From contig NC_081373.1 of the NCBI RefSeq assembly GCF_030684315.1, positions 40,277,989-40,341,988 on the forward strand: DNA of 64,000 nt, read 5' to 3'. The notes beneath the pieces were generated by a model that worked only from the letters and a program-made list of their open reading frames with translations, did not search any database and was not told the origin of the DNA. Positions 13,600-25,410 of the stretch are shown here, in pieces; positions within the stretch are counted from its first letter, which is position 1; the number at the start of each line of letters is the position of its first letter. Origin of the DNA: Stegostoma tigrinum (lineage: Eukaryota). Both the position numbers and the translations under genes were made by a program.

Positions 13600-14133
13600 G
13601 AGGCTAGGCATACTGTGGCAAGTAACTCTCCCCCTGACTCCCGCAAAACCTGTTGACTGGCTATAAGACACAACTCTGAAGTACTCCCCACCTATCAGGA
13701 TGGATGCAACTCTAACAACATTCAAAAAAGCTTTACACCATCCAGGACAAAGCATCTCACTTGATGGTACCACATTTACAAACATCCATTCCTTCCAGCA
13801 CCAACGTTCTGTAGTTGCAGTGTTTCCCATCTATAAGATGCTGTGCAGAAATTCACCAAGGAACTTAGATAGCACCTTCCAAACCCATGACCACCTTCAT
13901 CTAGAATTACAAGGGTAGAGGATACATTGGAAACACTACCACCTGCCAGTTTCCCTCCAAGCCACTTACCATTGCAGAATTGGATCACCATTGCTGCAAT
14001 GCCGCTGCGTCAAAATTTAAGGAATTTCCTTCCTCACACATTGTGGGTCAACCTACAGCACATGGACTGCAGCGGTTCAGGAAGGCAGTTCACCACAACC
14101 TTCTCAAGGGCAACTAAGAACAGCCAATAAATA
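13600..14133 (+). mobile_element. L2/CR1-clade LINE 3' fragment
   Basis: Decayed ORF2-end peptides (NIHSFQHQRSVVAVFPIYKM.C.NSP) and a tail CACCACAACCTTCTCAAGGGCAAC...CAATAAAT. Related pieces at ~35370-35650 and ~38820-39070. Confidence 0.55.
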
Positions 14134-14134
14134 A

Positions 14135-15075
14135 GGTTGTAGACTTGTCACCAAGTTGGTTGGTTAGCGTACAGATGTTTCATGACCATGCTAGGTAACA
14201 TCACCAGTGCAGCCTCCGATGAAGCGATGTAGTTCTACTCGGCTTGGTATTTATATGATCCTGTCTGTTTAGTTGAGTTGTGTCATTGTCAGTTCTGTTC
14301 TGCATGCATTTGTACATGAGGTCTAATTCCACATGTTTACAGATTGTGTTATGGGTTGAAAACCAGGTCTCTAGGTACTCCCGTGTGTGTCTGTGATTAG
14401 TTTGAGCTAGGATGGTCACATTGTCCCAGTTAAATTGACGGCCTTCAATGTCTAAGTGCAATGAGATGAAGAAAAGCTTGTTGTGTCATTTTTCTGCTAG
14501 CTGGTATGTGTGTATCCTGGTGGCTAGTTTCCTTCCGGTCTGGCTGATGTAATGTTTGTTGCAGTCATTGCAATGTATTTTGTAAACTACGTTGATCCTG
14601 CATGTCATGGGTATGGGGTCTTTGGCCCTTGTGAGTGTGTATCGAAGTGTGGCAATGGGTTTGTGTGCTACAGTGATTCCTAGTGGTTGTAGAAGTCTCA
14701 TTGTCAGTTCTGATATATTCTTGATATAGGTGAGTGTGGTCAGTGTATTGGGCCGTACTGTGTCCTCTTGGTATTACCTATCTAGTAGACACCTGTGGAT
14801 GAAGTTGTTGGGATATCCATTGTTAGCAAAGGCCTTTTATAGGTGCTCTTCCTCCTTCCTGCATAGTTCTTGAGCTTTGCAGTGTATTGTGGCCATTTGA
14901 ATAATGTCCTAACGCAGCTTTGTTTGTGGATGTTGGGGTGATTTCTGTGGAAATTGAGGATTTTGTTAGTGTGGGTTGCCTGCCTCTATTCTGTGGTTTG
15001 GAATTCCCCATTTGTCTTTCTTTCTACCTTAATGCCTAGAAACAGAAGTTGACTGTTATCTTCCTCTTCTCAGTC
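14135..15075 (-). mobile_element. Penelope/Poseidon-type PLE 3' fragment (GIY-YIG end plus degenerate HHR)
   Basis: ORF 14486-14701: NVVYKIHCNDCNKHYISQTGRKLATRIH. ORF 14201-14461: FNWDNVTILAQ...REYLETW. No Cys linker. HHR-like motif at 14171-14210. Confidence 0.85.
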
Positions 15076-15084
15076 TTGAACATA

Positions 15085-16310
15085 GTTAAGGATAAAACCT
15101 TCACACCCTCTATAGTAGAGTATTCCAAAGATTTACCACCTTTTGAGTGAAGAAATTTCTGCTTGTCTCAGTCCTGAAAGGCCTGCCTCTTACTGTGAGA
15201 ATGTATCCACTGGCTGTAGAATCTCCTAATCAAGGGAAACATTCTTCCTGAATCTACTCTGTTGATTCCCATAAGAATTTTTTACAACTCAATTAGATCA
15301 CCTCTCATTATTCTAAACTCTAGACAATATAGATGCAGTCTGTGTAATTTTTCTTCATTGGACAATCTCTCCATTCCAAGACTGAGTATGGTAAACCTTC
15401 GAGCATGCCCTGTATGGCAAATATATCTTCCCTTAGATAAGGAGAACAAAATTGCACACAATATTCCACATGTCATCTCACTAAGGTCTGTATATTTGCA
15501 GCAAGATATCTTTCCTCCAGTACTAAAATCCTCTTGTAATAAAGGCCAATGTATATTTATATAACAAGGTGTAGAGCTGGATATACACAGCAGGCCAAGC
15601 AGCATCAGAGGAGCAGGAAAGCTGACATTTCGGGTCGAGACCCTTCTTCAGAAATGGGGGAGGGGAAGGGGATTCTGAAATAAATAGGGAGAGGGGGGAG
15701 GCGGAGAGAAGATGGATAAGGGAGAAGATAGGTGGAGAGGAGACAGACGTGTCAAAGAGGCAGGGATGGAGCCAGTAGAGGTGAGTTTAGGTGGGGATTT
15801 AGGGAGGGGATAGGTTTGTCCAGGGTGGACGGACAGGTCAAGGAGGCGAGATGAGGTTGGTAGTTCGGAGATAGGGGTGGGGCTTGAGGTTGGAGGAGGG
15901 GATAGGTGGGAGGAAGGACAGGTTAGGGAGGCGGGGATGAGCTGGGCTGGTTTTGGGATGCGGTCGGGTGAGGGAAGATTTTGAAGCTTGTGAAGTCCAC
16001 GTTGATACTGTTGTTCTACAGGGCTCCCAAGCAGAGTATGAGGTGCTGTTCCTGCAACCTTCGGGTGGCATCGTTGTGACACTGCAGGAGGCCCAGGATG
16101 GACGTGGACAACGTTTACTTAGATTTTTTTAAAGTTACACGTTGTACCTGTATATTAATTTCCAGTGACTCATGAACAAGGTCACCCAAGCCCATTTTAA
16201 ACTCAACAACTCAGCCTCTCACCTTTTAAGGAATAATCAGTATTTCAATATTTCCAATCAAAGTGGATAACCTGATATTTCTCCTCTCAATGTATTCCAT
16301 CTAACAAGTG
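15085..16310 (-). mobile_element. CR1-type LINE fragment split by a PLE piece at 15560-16108
   Basis: Minus-strand RRFTILSLGMERLSNEEKLHRLHLYCLEFRIMRGDLIEL is a CR1 ORF2 C-terminal motif. Similarity appears to resume after 16110. Confidence 0.65.
15560..16108 (-). mobile_element. PLE family B 3' fragment (GIY-YIG tail, pLTR, HHR)
   Basis: Reverse complement matches the 30100-30615 region. HHR ttCTGAAGAagggtctcgacccGAAAtGTCag at ~15622-15653. Confidence 0.85.
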
Positions 16311-16867
16311 TCTCCCCGCTGGCCGAGGTATCCTTTAATGCCTGATATAGACTCATTATGTTGAAGTTACAGTCCAACCATCTGACAACCCAATGCAAAA
16401 GTCACTTTCGTTCAGTTCCCATCATTGCCACCAACACAAAACAGCTAAACTTCCCTTTAACTGCTGCCCATTATTTGGTGTCTAATCATGCCTTATCATC
16501 ATTGTAAGTGAAAAAGCTCTTGCCCTCATAGTATACACAAATAGCCAGTTTCCACAGAGATTGGAGACCATAACAGGCTCCCAAAGCCTGCTCTGTTTGC
16601 AACTGTGCAGAAGCAGAAATTACCACTGCGATACAAAGCAAGATGTGAATGCTGTCTCGGGGTAACTGACTGAGGCAGAAGGTGAAATGATGAGATCAAA
16701 GAGCTTTGAGCTGAAATTCCATGTCCCATTTTACATTCACCCCTCTCATGGTCTGACTACATTGATCTGATATGGATTTCTATTTGCTAACCCATGTAAA
16801 ACCCACCACAGAAACTCAGGTTCATATTGAGACAAATAACTTGAAGTTTATTAACACCAATTACATA

Positions 16868-16917
16868 CATGAATATGACATTTCAGACATATATATGTCT
16901 GAAATGTCATATTCATG
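16868..16917. repeat. Perfect 50-bp palindrome
   Basis: CATGAATATGACATTTCAGACATAT|ATATGTCTGAAATGTCATATTCATG, with no spacer. Confidence 0.95.
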
Positions 16918-17145
16918 CATCTAATTATACATATGTATATATTTTATATACATAATATCCAGACAAAGCATGGGTTCGCTGCTTATTTAGGTCACCATTG
17001 CTCTACATACAAAGTTGACTGACTCGCTGGCTAACTATTCATTACCGTCTTACTGACCAACGTATTCACCATACAAAGAGTAGAATCAAGATCTTCTATA
17101 CTCGAGTATCACATGTAGTTATCATCTAGCTCCCTTACAGGTGTA

Positions 17146-17375
17146 GAGATAGTAGGAACTGCTGATGCTGGGGTCTGAGATAACAAGATGTAGAGCTGGA
17201 TGAACACAGCAGGCCAGGCAGCATCAGAGGAGCGAGAAAGCTGATGTTACAGGTCGAGACCCTTCTTCAGAAATGAAGTGTCAGCTTTCCTGCTCCTCTG
17301 ATGCTGCCTGGCCTGCTGTGTTCCTCCGGCTCCACGCTGTGTTATTTCCAGCATCGGCAGTTTTTACTACCTCTG
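17146..17375. mobile_element. Fold-back mini-PLE (family B)
   Basis: Minus arm 17146-17275 runs through the HHR. Plus arm resumes at GTCAGCTTTCCTGCTCC and runs to the 3' tail. No clear TSD. Confidence 0.82.
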
Positions 17376-19414
17376 ATGTATTTTTATCCTGCCTTTCCAC
17401 CAGCTACTGGGCATCTTCCCCTCCTCCCCCAACTTCCCAGGAACTGTTGCGACTCCGGCTGCTCCCAGCATTTCACAGAATGAAAATTTTGCCATCCATC
17501 ACAGTTTGAATGGTTTTGATGGATGTGACAGATCCAATGACAACCTTGAAAGAACAATAAGGAGTTCTCACAGCATGTTGGTCAAAGTTCCTTCCTCTGC
17601 CAAAAGCACATATATTGAGATTAACAACTCGTCTATAAAGCTGCAGTTTGTGAGATCTTGCTGTGCACAATTTGGCTATCATATTTACTGACATAGAACA
17701 ATAATTCAACATCAAGGTCATTCACTGTCATTGCAGCACATTTCAAAGAAGAATATCTGTAATACGTTTTTATGTGATAAACATTTTTCTGACTGGTATT
17801 CTCCCCTACTTAAGGAATCCAATCTTTCATTAAAATTTAATATGTAAATGAAAATATGACCTATAGATCCTTGTTAATAAAAATTGAATGTAATCTTATC
17901 ACTGGAAAAGAATTCTATGTTATTTATATCATATGCATATATCACCTCTGTGTTCTCACAGGTCATGTAGTTTTGGTGTACGGTATTAAGCCAATGTGCT
18001 ATTGTCACTATAGTTTATTATGTAAAAGTTAAGATTATTGTTTCCATCTAATTTTAATTGCTTCTGCTATTTTTGGCCTATGTTTTGTTATCCTTTGGGA
18101 ATACAAACAGTTGCAATTGCAAAATGATGTTCGAACCTCAACTATCTGGCCAAATATGAGCATCATTATTATTTACCAGGCATCTCGAGCTGACACTTGT
18201 GCACATTATGTATTGTAACCTTGTTTATTCCCTGTTCAATAGCCTTCACCTGGCTGCTCCCATTGCTATTAGTCACTGATACCACTGTAGTTCTAGGTGG
18301 CTCAACTCAGTTGTACTGTACATGGATAAACAGCAATGCCAATTAAATGTTCTGCATGAAAACCGTTACTAAGAGGCATATTGCATTTTGTAGTGACATT
18401 TTATTATCATGTTATGCAGTCAACTTCACAAATAAGTGAGGTATGTAGTGTTTAGTTTCCTTCTATTAACCAGGTTGTGGTTGAATTACATCAATACATA
18501 TCCTCAATGTGCATCTTTTTCTGTAATAAAATACCTAATGGTGCGATGCTCTATCACAGCATAAAACTCATGTGGGGAAGCTTCCTGAGTGCTACATCTA
18601 ATGAAATTGTAAACTTGCAGCATAAAAGGAGCAGGTTGCAACACAGATTAATTCTTTTCCTAAACAGATGAACCATACTCGCTGTACTCTCAAGTCAGAG
18701 AATGTAATTTATTGATAATCTTGCCTTATTCTTGTTGTGAAAACAAAGATAAAGAATCTATGAATGGTATCCAATCAGAGATACACAAAGGATTGAACTG
18801 TAGAAGAAAAGATGATCAACAGTAATGCCTTGAGACGTTCAGAAACTGTCCTGTACAACTTGACAAAGAGTCCTTCCACACACTCAAATCTTTACAGTTA
18901 TAAAACACACCACCAGGCTGCTTAGAGAATATGTCACATGAATATTTCCTGTGAACTGTTACGTACAGAATAACAGGAAATCCAAAAGTAACTAGTTAGC
19001 ACTTAAATAATAACGACAGTGGCAACTGCAAAAATGGAGTTTCTGCACAGAGTATAACAGGGTTGATTTTTCCCAAAGGTCTGGTGTTTACTGAAGGTGG
19101 CAAAAAACAACTTTTGCCAATTTTTCTAAACAACCTATAAAATACAGTTCTGTTGCTATGATGGCTAAACTGGCCCAGCCTCTGCTGGCAGAGCTGGCTC
19201 AGTGTGCTGTTGGTGGGAGGATACTATTACCAATCTGTGTATGTACACTGAAAACACCTTCCAGTGGCAATGGGGAGCCAGTGGCATTACCAGCATAACT
19301 CAATTGGCTGTACATCACCACATCAGGGAGGTAACAGAGAACTTACAAGTGAAGAGAGTGACTTGGTACACTTTCTAATGGGAGAGAAGCAGAAGGGGCG
19401 GACACTTGCTTTGT

Positions 19415-19900
19415 GTTAGGGTGGCAGAATTCCCAATACTGAAAGATACAATTGACTGCAAATATAATTTATTGGGCACCACATATTAAGGGGGAAATCC
19501 ACCATAACTGCAAGGGCTGTCACTCTTTTATGTGTATTTGGTGTGTGAGCATGCACAGAAGATCTCATTTAACGAAAGCAGGTAGTGGATGACTCCTTAA
19601 TCATTCTCCAGTTACCCTTTCTTGTCCTAATGCAATAATCACAGTGGATCTGCCTGCTTAGTGACAGCTACATGCTTTCTGTGTAGCTCATGGCTTGCTG
19701 CCATCAGCTGACCTCGAGGGGACAGCATGTGTGCAATGAGATCAAAGCTGCTACCACGAATGCTGTGCAACAGGTGGACAGTATTCATAAGCAACAACAG
19801 TTTGTTTGCCTCAGCTGCTTAGTTTCCACATTTGATGTGTTCTGCAACATTCTTCATGTTGTGGTACTTTTGAAGGCACAACTCCTGACTCTAGGCCTTT
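19415..19900 (+). pseudogene. PIF/Harbinger transposase fossil
   Basis: VAEFPILKDTIDCKY and HNCKGCHS..YVYLVCEHAQKI resemble IAGFP...GAIDCTH and NRKG.HS.NVQLVCDH. Confidence 0.55.
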
Positions 19901-22244
19901 AGTGTAAACTTCAGGAGGAGGAGTAGGAAGAAACGGGAGAAGGAGAGAAAGAGAAGGGGAAGAGGAGTGATAAGATGAGAAGGTGGATGGGAATAGGCTG
20001 TTGGAATGCCTTCATCCGTGATTGGTTAATCAAACTGTAGTTTCCCTAAAACTGCATCTCCACATCAAAGATGCTTCACCATTCCCTACTTACCTATTCC
20101 TCAGTTCTAGACAATCAGAGCATCCTCATGCCTAAGTGCTGAATCTAAAGCTTACATTAATACAATTTACAGTCCAAAATACTCTCAATAATATATTAAA
20201 ACATAAAAAAGTTTATCATTGTGCATTCCCTTTGTACTTGTCACATGGGTGCCTTCGCCTATTCTTGTACTCCTTGGCAGCGCCCTCAGTGGCTGCAGCA
20301 TGCTCTTGCAGTGGGCTGCTGACTTTCCATAGGGAGACTATGAATGGCCTTGGAGGACCTAAAGCTTTAAGGGTTTCTCCTCAGACCAGCATGGGCTGCA
20401 AGCGTCTGGGCTGGTGAGCTGAGAGGCAACAGCAGCAGCACTGGTAGAGTGACAGTGGTGGGAACGTGAAGGCTTTCATCCTGAAGCAGGTGGAAGGAAT
20501 AACGGAACTGTTGCCACTCATCAGGGAAAGCACCTAATGATCTGCTGGAGCACAGATTGCCGGAGTGCAGCATGGACCCTACAAGCCCCTTTGATCATTA
20601 TTCTCCATAGCTTTCCTGGCAGCATTCTAAGCTTGGACCAAACTGGGCTTTCTTGGCAACAAGCGCAGAGATGTCAACACAGCTGGCATTCCTGTCTCCA
20701 TGCCAATCGATATTCGCCCAGGCACTCCTGCATTAATTCCTCAGCTGAGTCCTCTGTAGCAGAACTTGTCTGTCACCTTACCCTCTAGGAAGTCAACACA
20801 CATTCCAGCTTTTTTCCTTAGCGTGACTGCAGCTCACTCATAGCTGCTCCTCACTCTGCCTTGTCCTCTAAATATTGTGCAGTTCCAGAATCCAAGCTTC
20901 TGGCTGTGAGTGTCAATGTAAACTTTCTTTCATTAGGTAATGCCCACACTGCTCATGGCTCCCCAGCAGGATGGCCTTGCCTATTTGAAGGTATAATTGT
21001 TGAATGGGATGGTTGAGGTAAGGGAGGATGGAGGTGATTTTAGATGCAATAGCCTCAGTGACAGCTTGCTCAATAATTCACAGCACCATCTCCTCCAAAG
21101 CGATGCCACTTTGTCTGCACTTTTTAAAAAATATTTACTCATGGTATGTGGGTGTCACTGCCTGGGTCAGCACTTATTGCCTTTCCCTAGTTGTCTTTGA
21201 GAAGGTAATGATATCTGCCATCCTGAACCATTGCAGTCCATGGGTGATGGCCACGTGGTATTGTCATTCAGCTATTAATCCATGAAACTCAGGTAATGTT
21301 CAGGGGCCTGTGTTCAAATCCCATCATGGCAGAATTGAATTCAATAAATACCTGGATAATGAAACCATTATCAGGGGGAAAACAACATTTTGTTCATTAA
21401 TGTCCTTCAGGACAAGAAATCTTCTGTCACTATTTGGTCTGGCCCATATGTGATTCCGGATGCACAAAAATGTGGTTGACTGTCAACTACTCTCTGAATG
21501 GCATATCAAGCCTGTCAGTAGTAACAGTCACAATGTCAACTGTAACCTCTTATTAGGTATGAACTTTCCCTGTGGACATGTTGTGCTGTGCTTGTGTGAA
21601 TAGCTGGAGGCATGTAGATTTCCTAAGTAGTGGCTCTGAGGTTTGTACTGAATGGCAACGTGTGAGGGTGGAATGGTGTATCAGATTGTTTGGTATGAAA
21701 CTTGAACAAGGATCACTCAGTAATAAGTCAGAGTCACAGAGTTTTCACAGCATGGAAAGAGGCCCTTTGGCTTATTCATCAATTCAATCCCAATTCCCAA
21801 CAATTGGCCAATAGCCAAGAGAAACTGTGATGAATACAGCAGTTTGGGAGGTTGATGGCTTGTTGGGTGAGAAATGTCATTGGACATTGGATTTCATTGA
21901 AAGATGTATTCTTTGGATTTGATCACTTGTATGAAGTCATGAATTTGTTTTTGCCTTGTCAGTTTAGTCCTCATGGTCAGATGCTTAGAAATGATCTCCA
22001 TGGCCACCTACCCTATTCCTTTGATGGGATATGCCTTGAGGGTCTCACATGGAAACATGGCTTCACTCTTCATGCCACTTGAACTAAGGCCCTCAGCAAC
22101 TTTTCACAGGAGGCTGGAGCCATCTCTCTGGCCTGTTGCTCCTTGTAGCCTTTTCTCTGTTAAAATATGCATTCCCACCCGTTGCAGTAGCTGTATGTGC
22201 TTCCCCATTGAGGGACTGCCTGATATTAAGAAGCTTAAGGTAAA

Positions 22245-22367
22245 ATATTGGCTCTGGAGATACTGAAGTATCCGCTGGAATCACCTTAACAGATGCCAGA
22301 CCACATACATTTGCTAATAAATGAGATGATGGCTTCTTAAGGACCTGGTTCTGAAAATAGTAAAACA
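22245..22367. repeat. ~120-bp direct duplication, copy 1 (copy 2 at 24378-24501)
   Basis: ATATTGGCTCTGGAGAT...GGACCTGGTTCTGAAAAT occurs twice about 2.1 kb apart, with a handful of differences. Confidence 0.95.
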
Positions 22368-23016
22368 TGTAAGTCATGTTGTCCACACACACATACACAG
22401 AGACACACCTGGGCCACTGCTAAACATACAGTCAGTCAGCAGCATGTTTCATGCTGGATTACACACTGCCGTTATTAAGATGAACAGATAGAATAGACTT
22501 TGCTGGCTGCCTGTTTCACCTCAGGCCAGGTATAGAGCAATCATCCAGGTAATCCCTGTGCTTGCTAATGGGACTTACTCCAATTTTTACCTCAATGACT
22601 TTTAATTAATTATGGGCAGATATCATTTGTAATGATATGTACTGCATTAAAAACTGACAACTCTTGGTGCTGGAACACACACTTAGATCAAAAAGATTGA
22701 CGGGTCATTTCTGATTCCTGGAAACTATCTCGGTCATTCAAAACTATCAACTAGAAACTGTACAAAATTTAATAAGCTTCTTTACTGTTCCAAAACATTG
22801 TAAGATCATGACAGATCCATTTGCGTAAGAAAGTATTAGTGAAAATGAAATCAATTATTTAGAAATAACATATAACAAGGTGACAACAAGTGGCTTTAAC
22901 TCATTGTCCAGATTGAGGAAATATTACATATATTACATTCAGTGTTACAGGCATTTAATTTGACACTTTAACAGAATTATTATCTCCTTTCATCAATTTC
23001 CAATGAATTGTTATGT

Positions 23017-23127
23017 ACATGGAATAGTGTAGGTTAGATGGGCTTCAGATCGGTATGACAGGTCGGCACAACATTGAGGGCCGAAGGGCCTGTACTGTGC
23101 TGTAATGTTCTATGTTCTATGTTCTAT
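23017..23127 (+). mobile_element. Young CR1-type 3' tail
   Basis: GTCGGCACAACATTGAGGGCCGAAGGGCCTGTACTGTGCTGTAA(TGTTCTA)n, near-identical to 37093-37197. Confidence 0.8.
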
Positions 23128-24377
23128 AAATATTGCTCAAAATCATTTTCAAATATTATTATGTCTCCTTTTACATTGATTTGTTAAGTTTTATTTAAAT
23201 TGCTCTCATATCTAGCTGGGCTGCATAGCTGCAAATGTAACTGAATTGTAAGCTTTTCTCGTATTGTGAACGCCTTTGTCTAGCAATCCAATTAATTTAT
23301 TGGCAGATGGATTGGGCTGATGGCTCTTTTAATACTGTACGAGAATTTATATCCAATGCTTGTATAAGAGTAGCATTATTTGATTTGTTTACCTTCATCC
23401 AACCTTTGAAAAGGAGCATTGAGAAAAACTCTTCAGTTTTAAAAGAAATAGGCACATTTCTGATATTATTTTGGTAACTAGACTTCAGAGATTGTTCATT
23501 GTAAAGTGTTTTGGAATGTGTTGGGCTTGTGAAAGGTGCTGTAAGAGTGCAGTTGTGTGCTTTATAACATCATAGAGTCATTACAGCACAGAAGGGGCTC
23601 ACACAGCCTATCAAGTCCATACCGGCTCTCCACAGAGCAAACCAGTCGGTCTTATTACCCTGCTCTCGCTCAGAGTCTGAAAATTTATTTCCTTCAAGTG
23701 CTCATCCAATTCCGTTTTGAAATCATTGATCTCCTGCCATTTGCTCCAATGAGTTCCAACGTTCTGAGTCAATGCCTTTCACTGTGTAAAAAAATCTTCA
23801 TGTTCCACCTACATTCCTTGTCAAAATCCTTTAACCTGTCAAGCCTTACCCTTGAAACATTAACTAATGGGAATAGCTATTCTTTGCTTTGTCCAAATCT
23901 GTCACAATCTTATATATGTCTGTGTCACCTCCCAAGTCACCTCAGCTCCAAGAAAAACAATCCCAGCCTCTCCAACCTAACTTTGTATTTCTAATTCCTT
24001 TATCTTTGTGACCATTCTGGAAAATTTGCTCTACATGGTTTCATGAATGTTCATGTGTGGTGACAAGAACTGGATGCTTTGTTCCAATTATGTCTTAACC
24101 AGAGATTCATACAGGTTCAATAAAACTGCCGTGCTTTTGTACTCAATGCTTCTTTTGTTTTCTTAAATATGTACGTTCTGCTGTGAAATGTTCTGTACCT
24201 GGTTAATGGCAACCTATCAGACATTTCTTGAGTTTTCTGTAATTGGTAGGAAACTGCAACAAAGACAGAACTAAATGATTTGATTGACTCTGTAAATTCC
24301 GAGATCTATAGTGACAAAATTTCATGAGGTTAAGCCAAAGGTCACTTGAAGTACAGCATATTCAATCATGTGGTACC

Positions 24378-24501
24378 ATATTGGCTCTGGAGATATTGAA
24401 GTATCCCCTGGAATCACCTTAAACAGATGTCAGGCCACTTACATTTGCTAATAAATGAGATGATGGCTTCTTAAGGACCTGGTTCTGAAAATAATAAAAC
24501 A
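24378..24501. repeat. ~120-bp direct duplication, copy 2
   Basis: See 22245-22367. Confidence 0.95.
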
Positions 24502-24757
24502 AAATAGAAGGAAAGCTTACGCTGACCTTGTCTTAAAGCAGGAGTAGTGGTAATGTCTCTACCTCAGAGACCTGGGTTGAATCCCTACCTGCTCCGGGAA
24601 TGTGTAATAACATCTCTGAACAGGCCAATAAAGAAAGTAGCTGGAGCCAGTAAAGTCAGACCAGTTGGCAGCAACACTGCTTTAAATTGTGCTTGCACTC
24701 CACCAAACAAGCTAATATGAGCTTTGTCATTATTTTCACCCTGTATCACAGCAGCAG

Positions 24758-24783
24758 TGAGAGAGAGAGAGAAAGAGAGAGAG
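24758..24783. repeat. (GA)n microsatellite
   Basis: GAGAGAGAGAGAGAAAGAGAGAGAG. Confidence 0.85.
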
Positions 24784-25221
24784 CACAGCTCTTTATCTGA
24801 CAGGTTGTCTCCCCAACAAGGCTGGGCAGCATCTGTGTGATCTCAAACATCCATATCATCAATGCAATAATTTCATAAACATTAATGAATGAGGCTTTCA
24901 CTTCGTTACCGTGCAACCAATCTGTGACTATATGGACAACTTAAAAATATCTGCTGGTTTGGTCACATGGAAACAATGGCACCGCTATTTGAATGTCCAG
25001 GAAGACTGAACAGACAATCCTAGTGGACTGAAGATGATACCCTCAGCCTCGTCTCATGGTTCCCTTGAGACAGTCATTAACAAGGTTTGAGAAGTGATGG
25101 AATGGGACAAATTGAAATGCCAATGCACTGGACAAACTTATCAAATGAGTGTTGATGCAAGGTTTCAAAGACACCAACAGATGGCTGGGGACAAATACTT
25201 CCCTGGGAGTTAGTGATCCAG

Positions 25222-25410
25222 TAAAAAGCAGAAAGTGCTGGAAATTTTCGGCAGGTCTGACAAAATTCTTGGGGAGAGAAGCAAAGAGAAGCAGACTAAC
25301 ACTTGAGGTCAAATGCAAACTCTGTTTTACTCTCCACTGAAGTTGTCAGATCTGTTGAGCATTTCCAGCATTTTCTGCTTTTATTTCAGACTTCCAGCAC
25401 CCTTGGAGTT
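25222..25410. mobile_element. Old fold-back mini-element from a third PLE family (C)
   Basis: AAAAGCAGAAAGTGCTGGAAAT...CAGGTCTGACAA pairs with TTGTCAGATCTG...ATTTCCAGCATTTTCTGCTTTT. Termini resemble 31497-31570 and 32490-32540. Confidence 0.65.

Noticed and set aside
15545-16122. Possible TSDs at the 15560 and 27709 insertions (about 10/13 matches)
   Set aside because: Too degenerate to call by eye; not counted as evidence.
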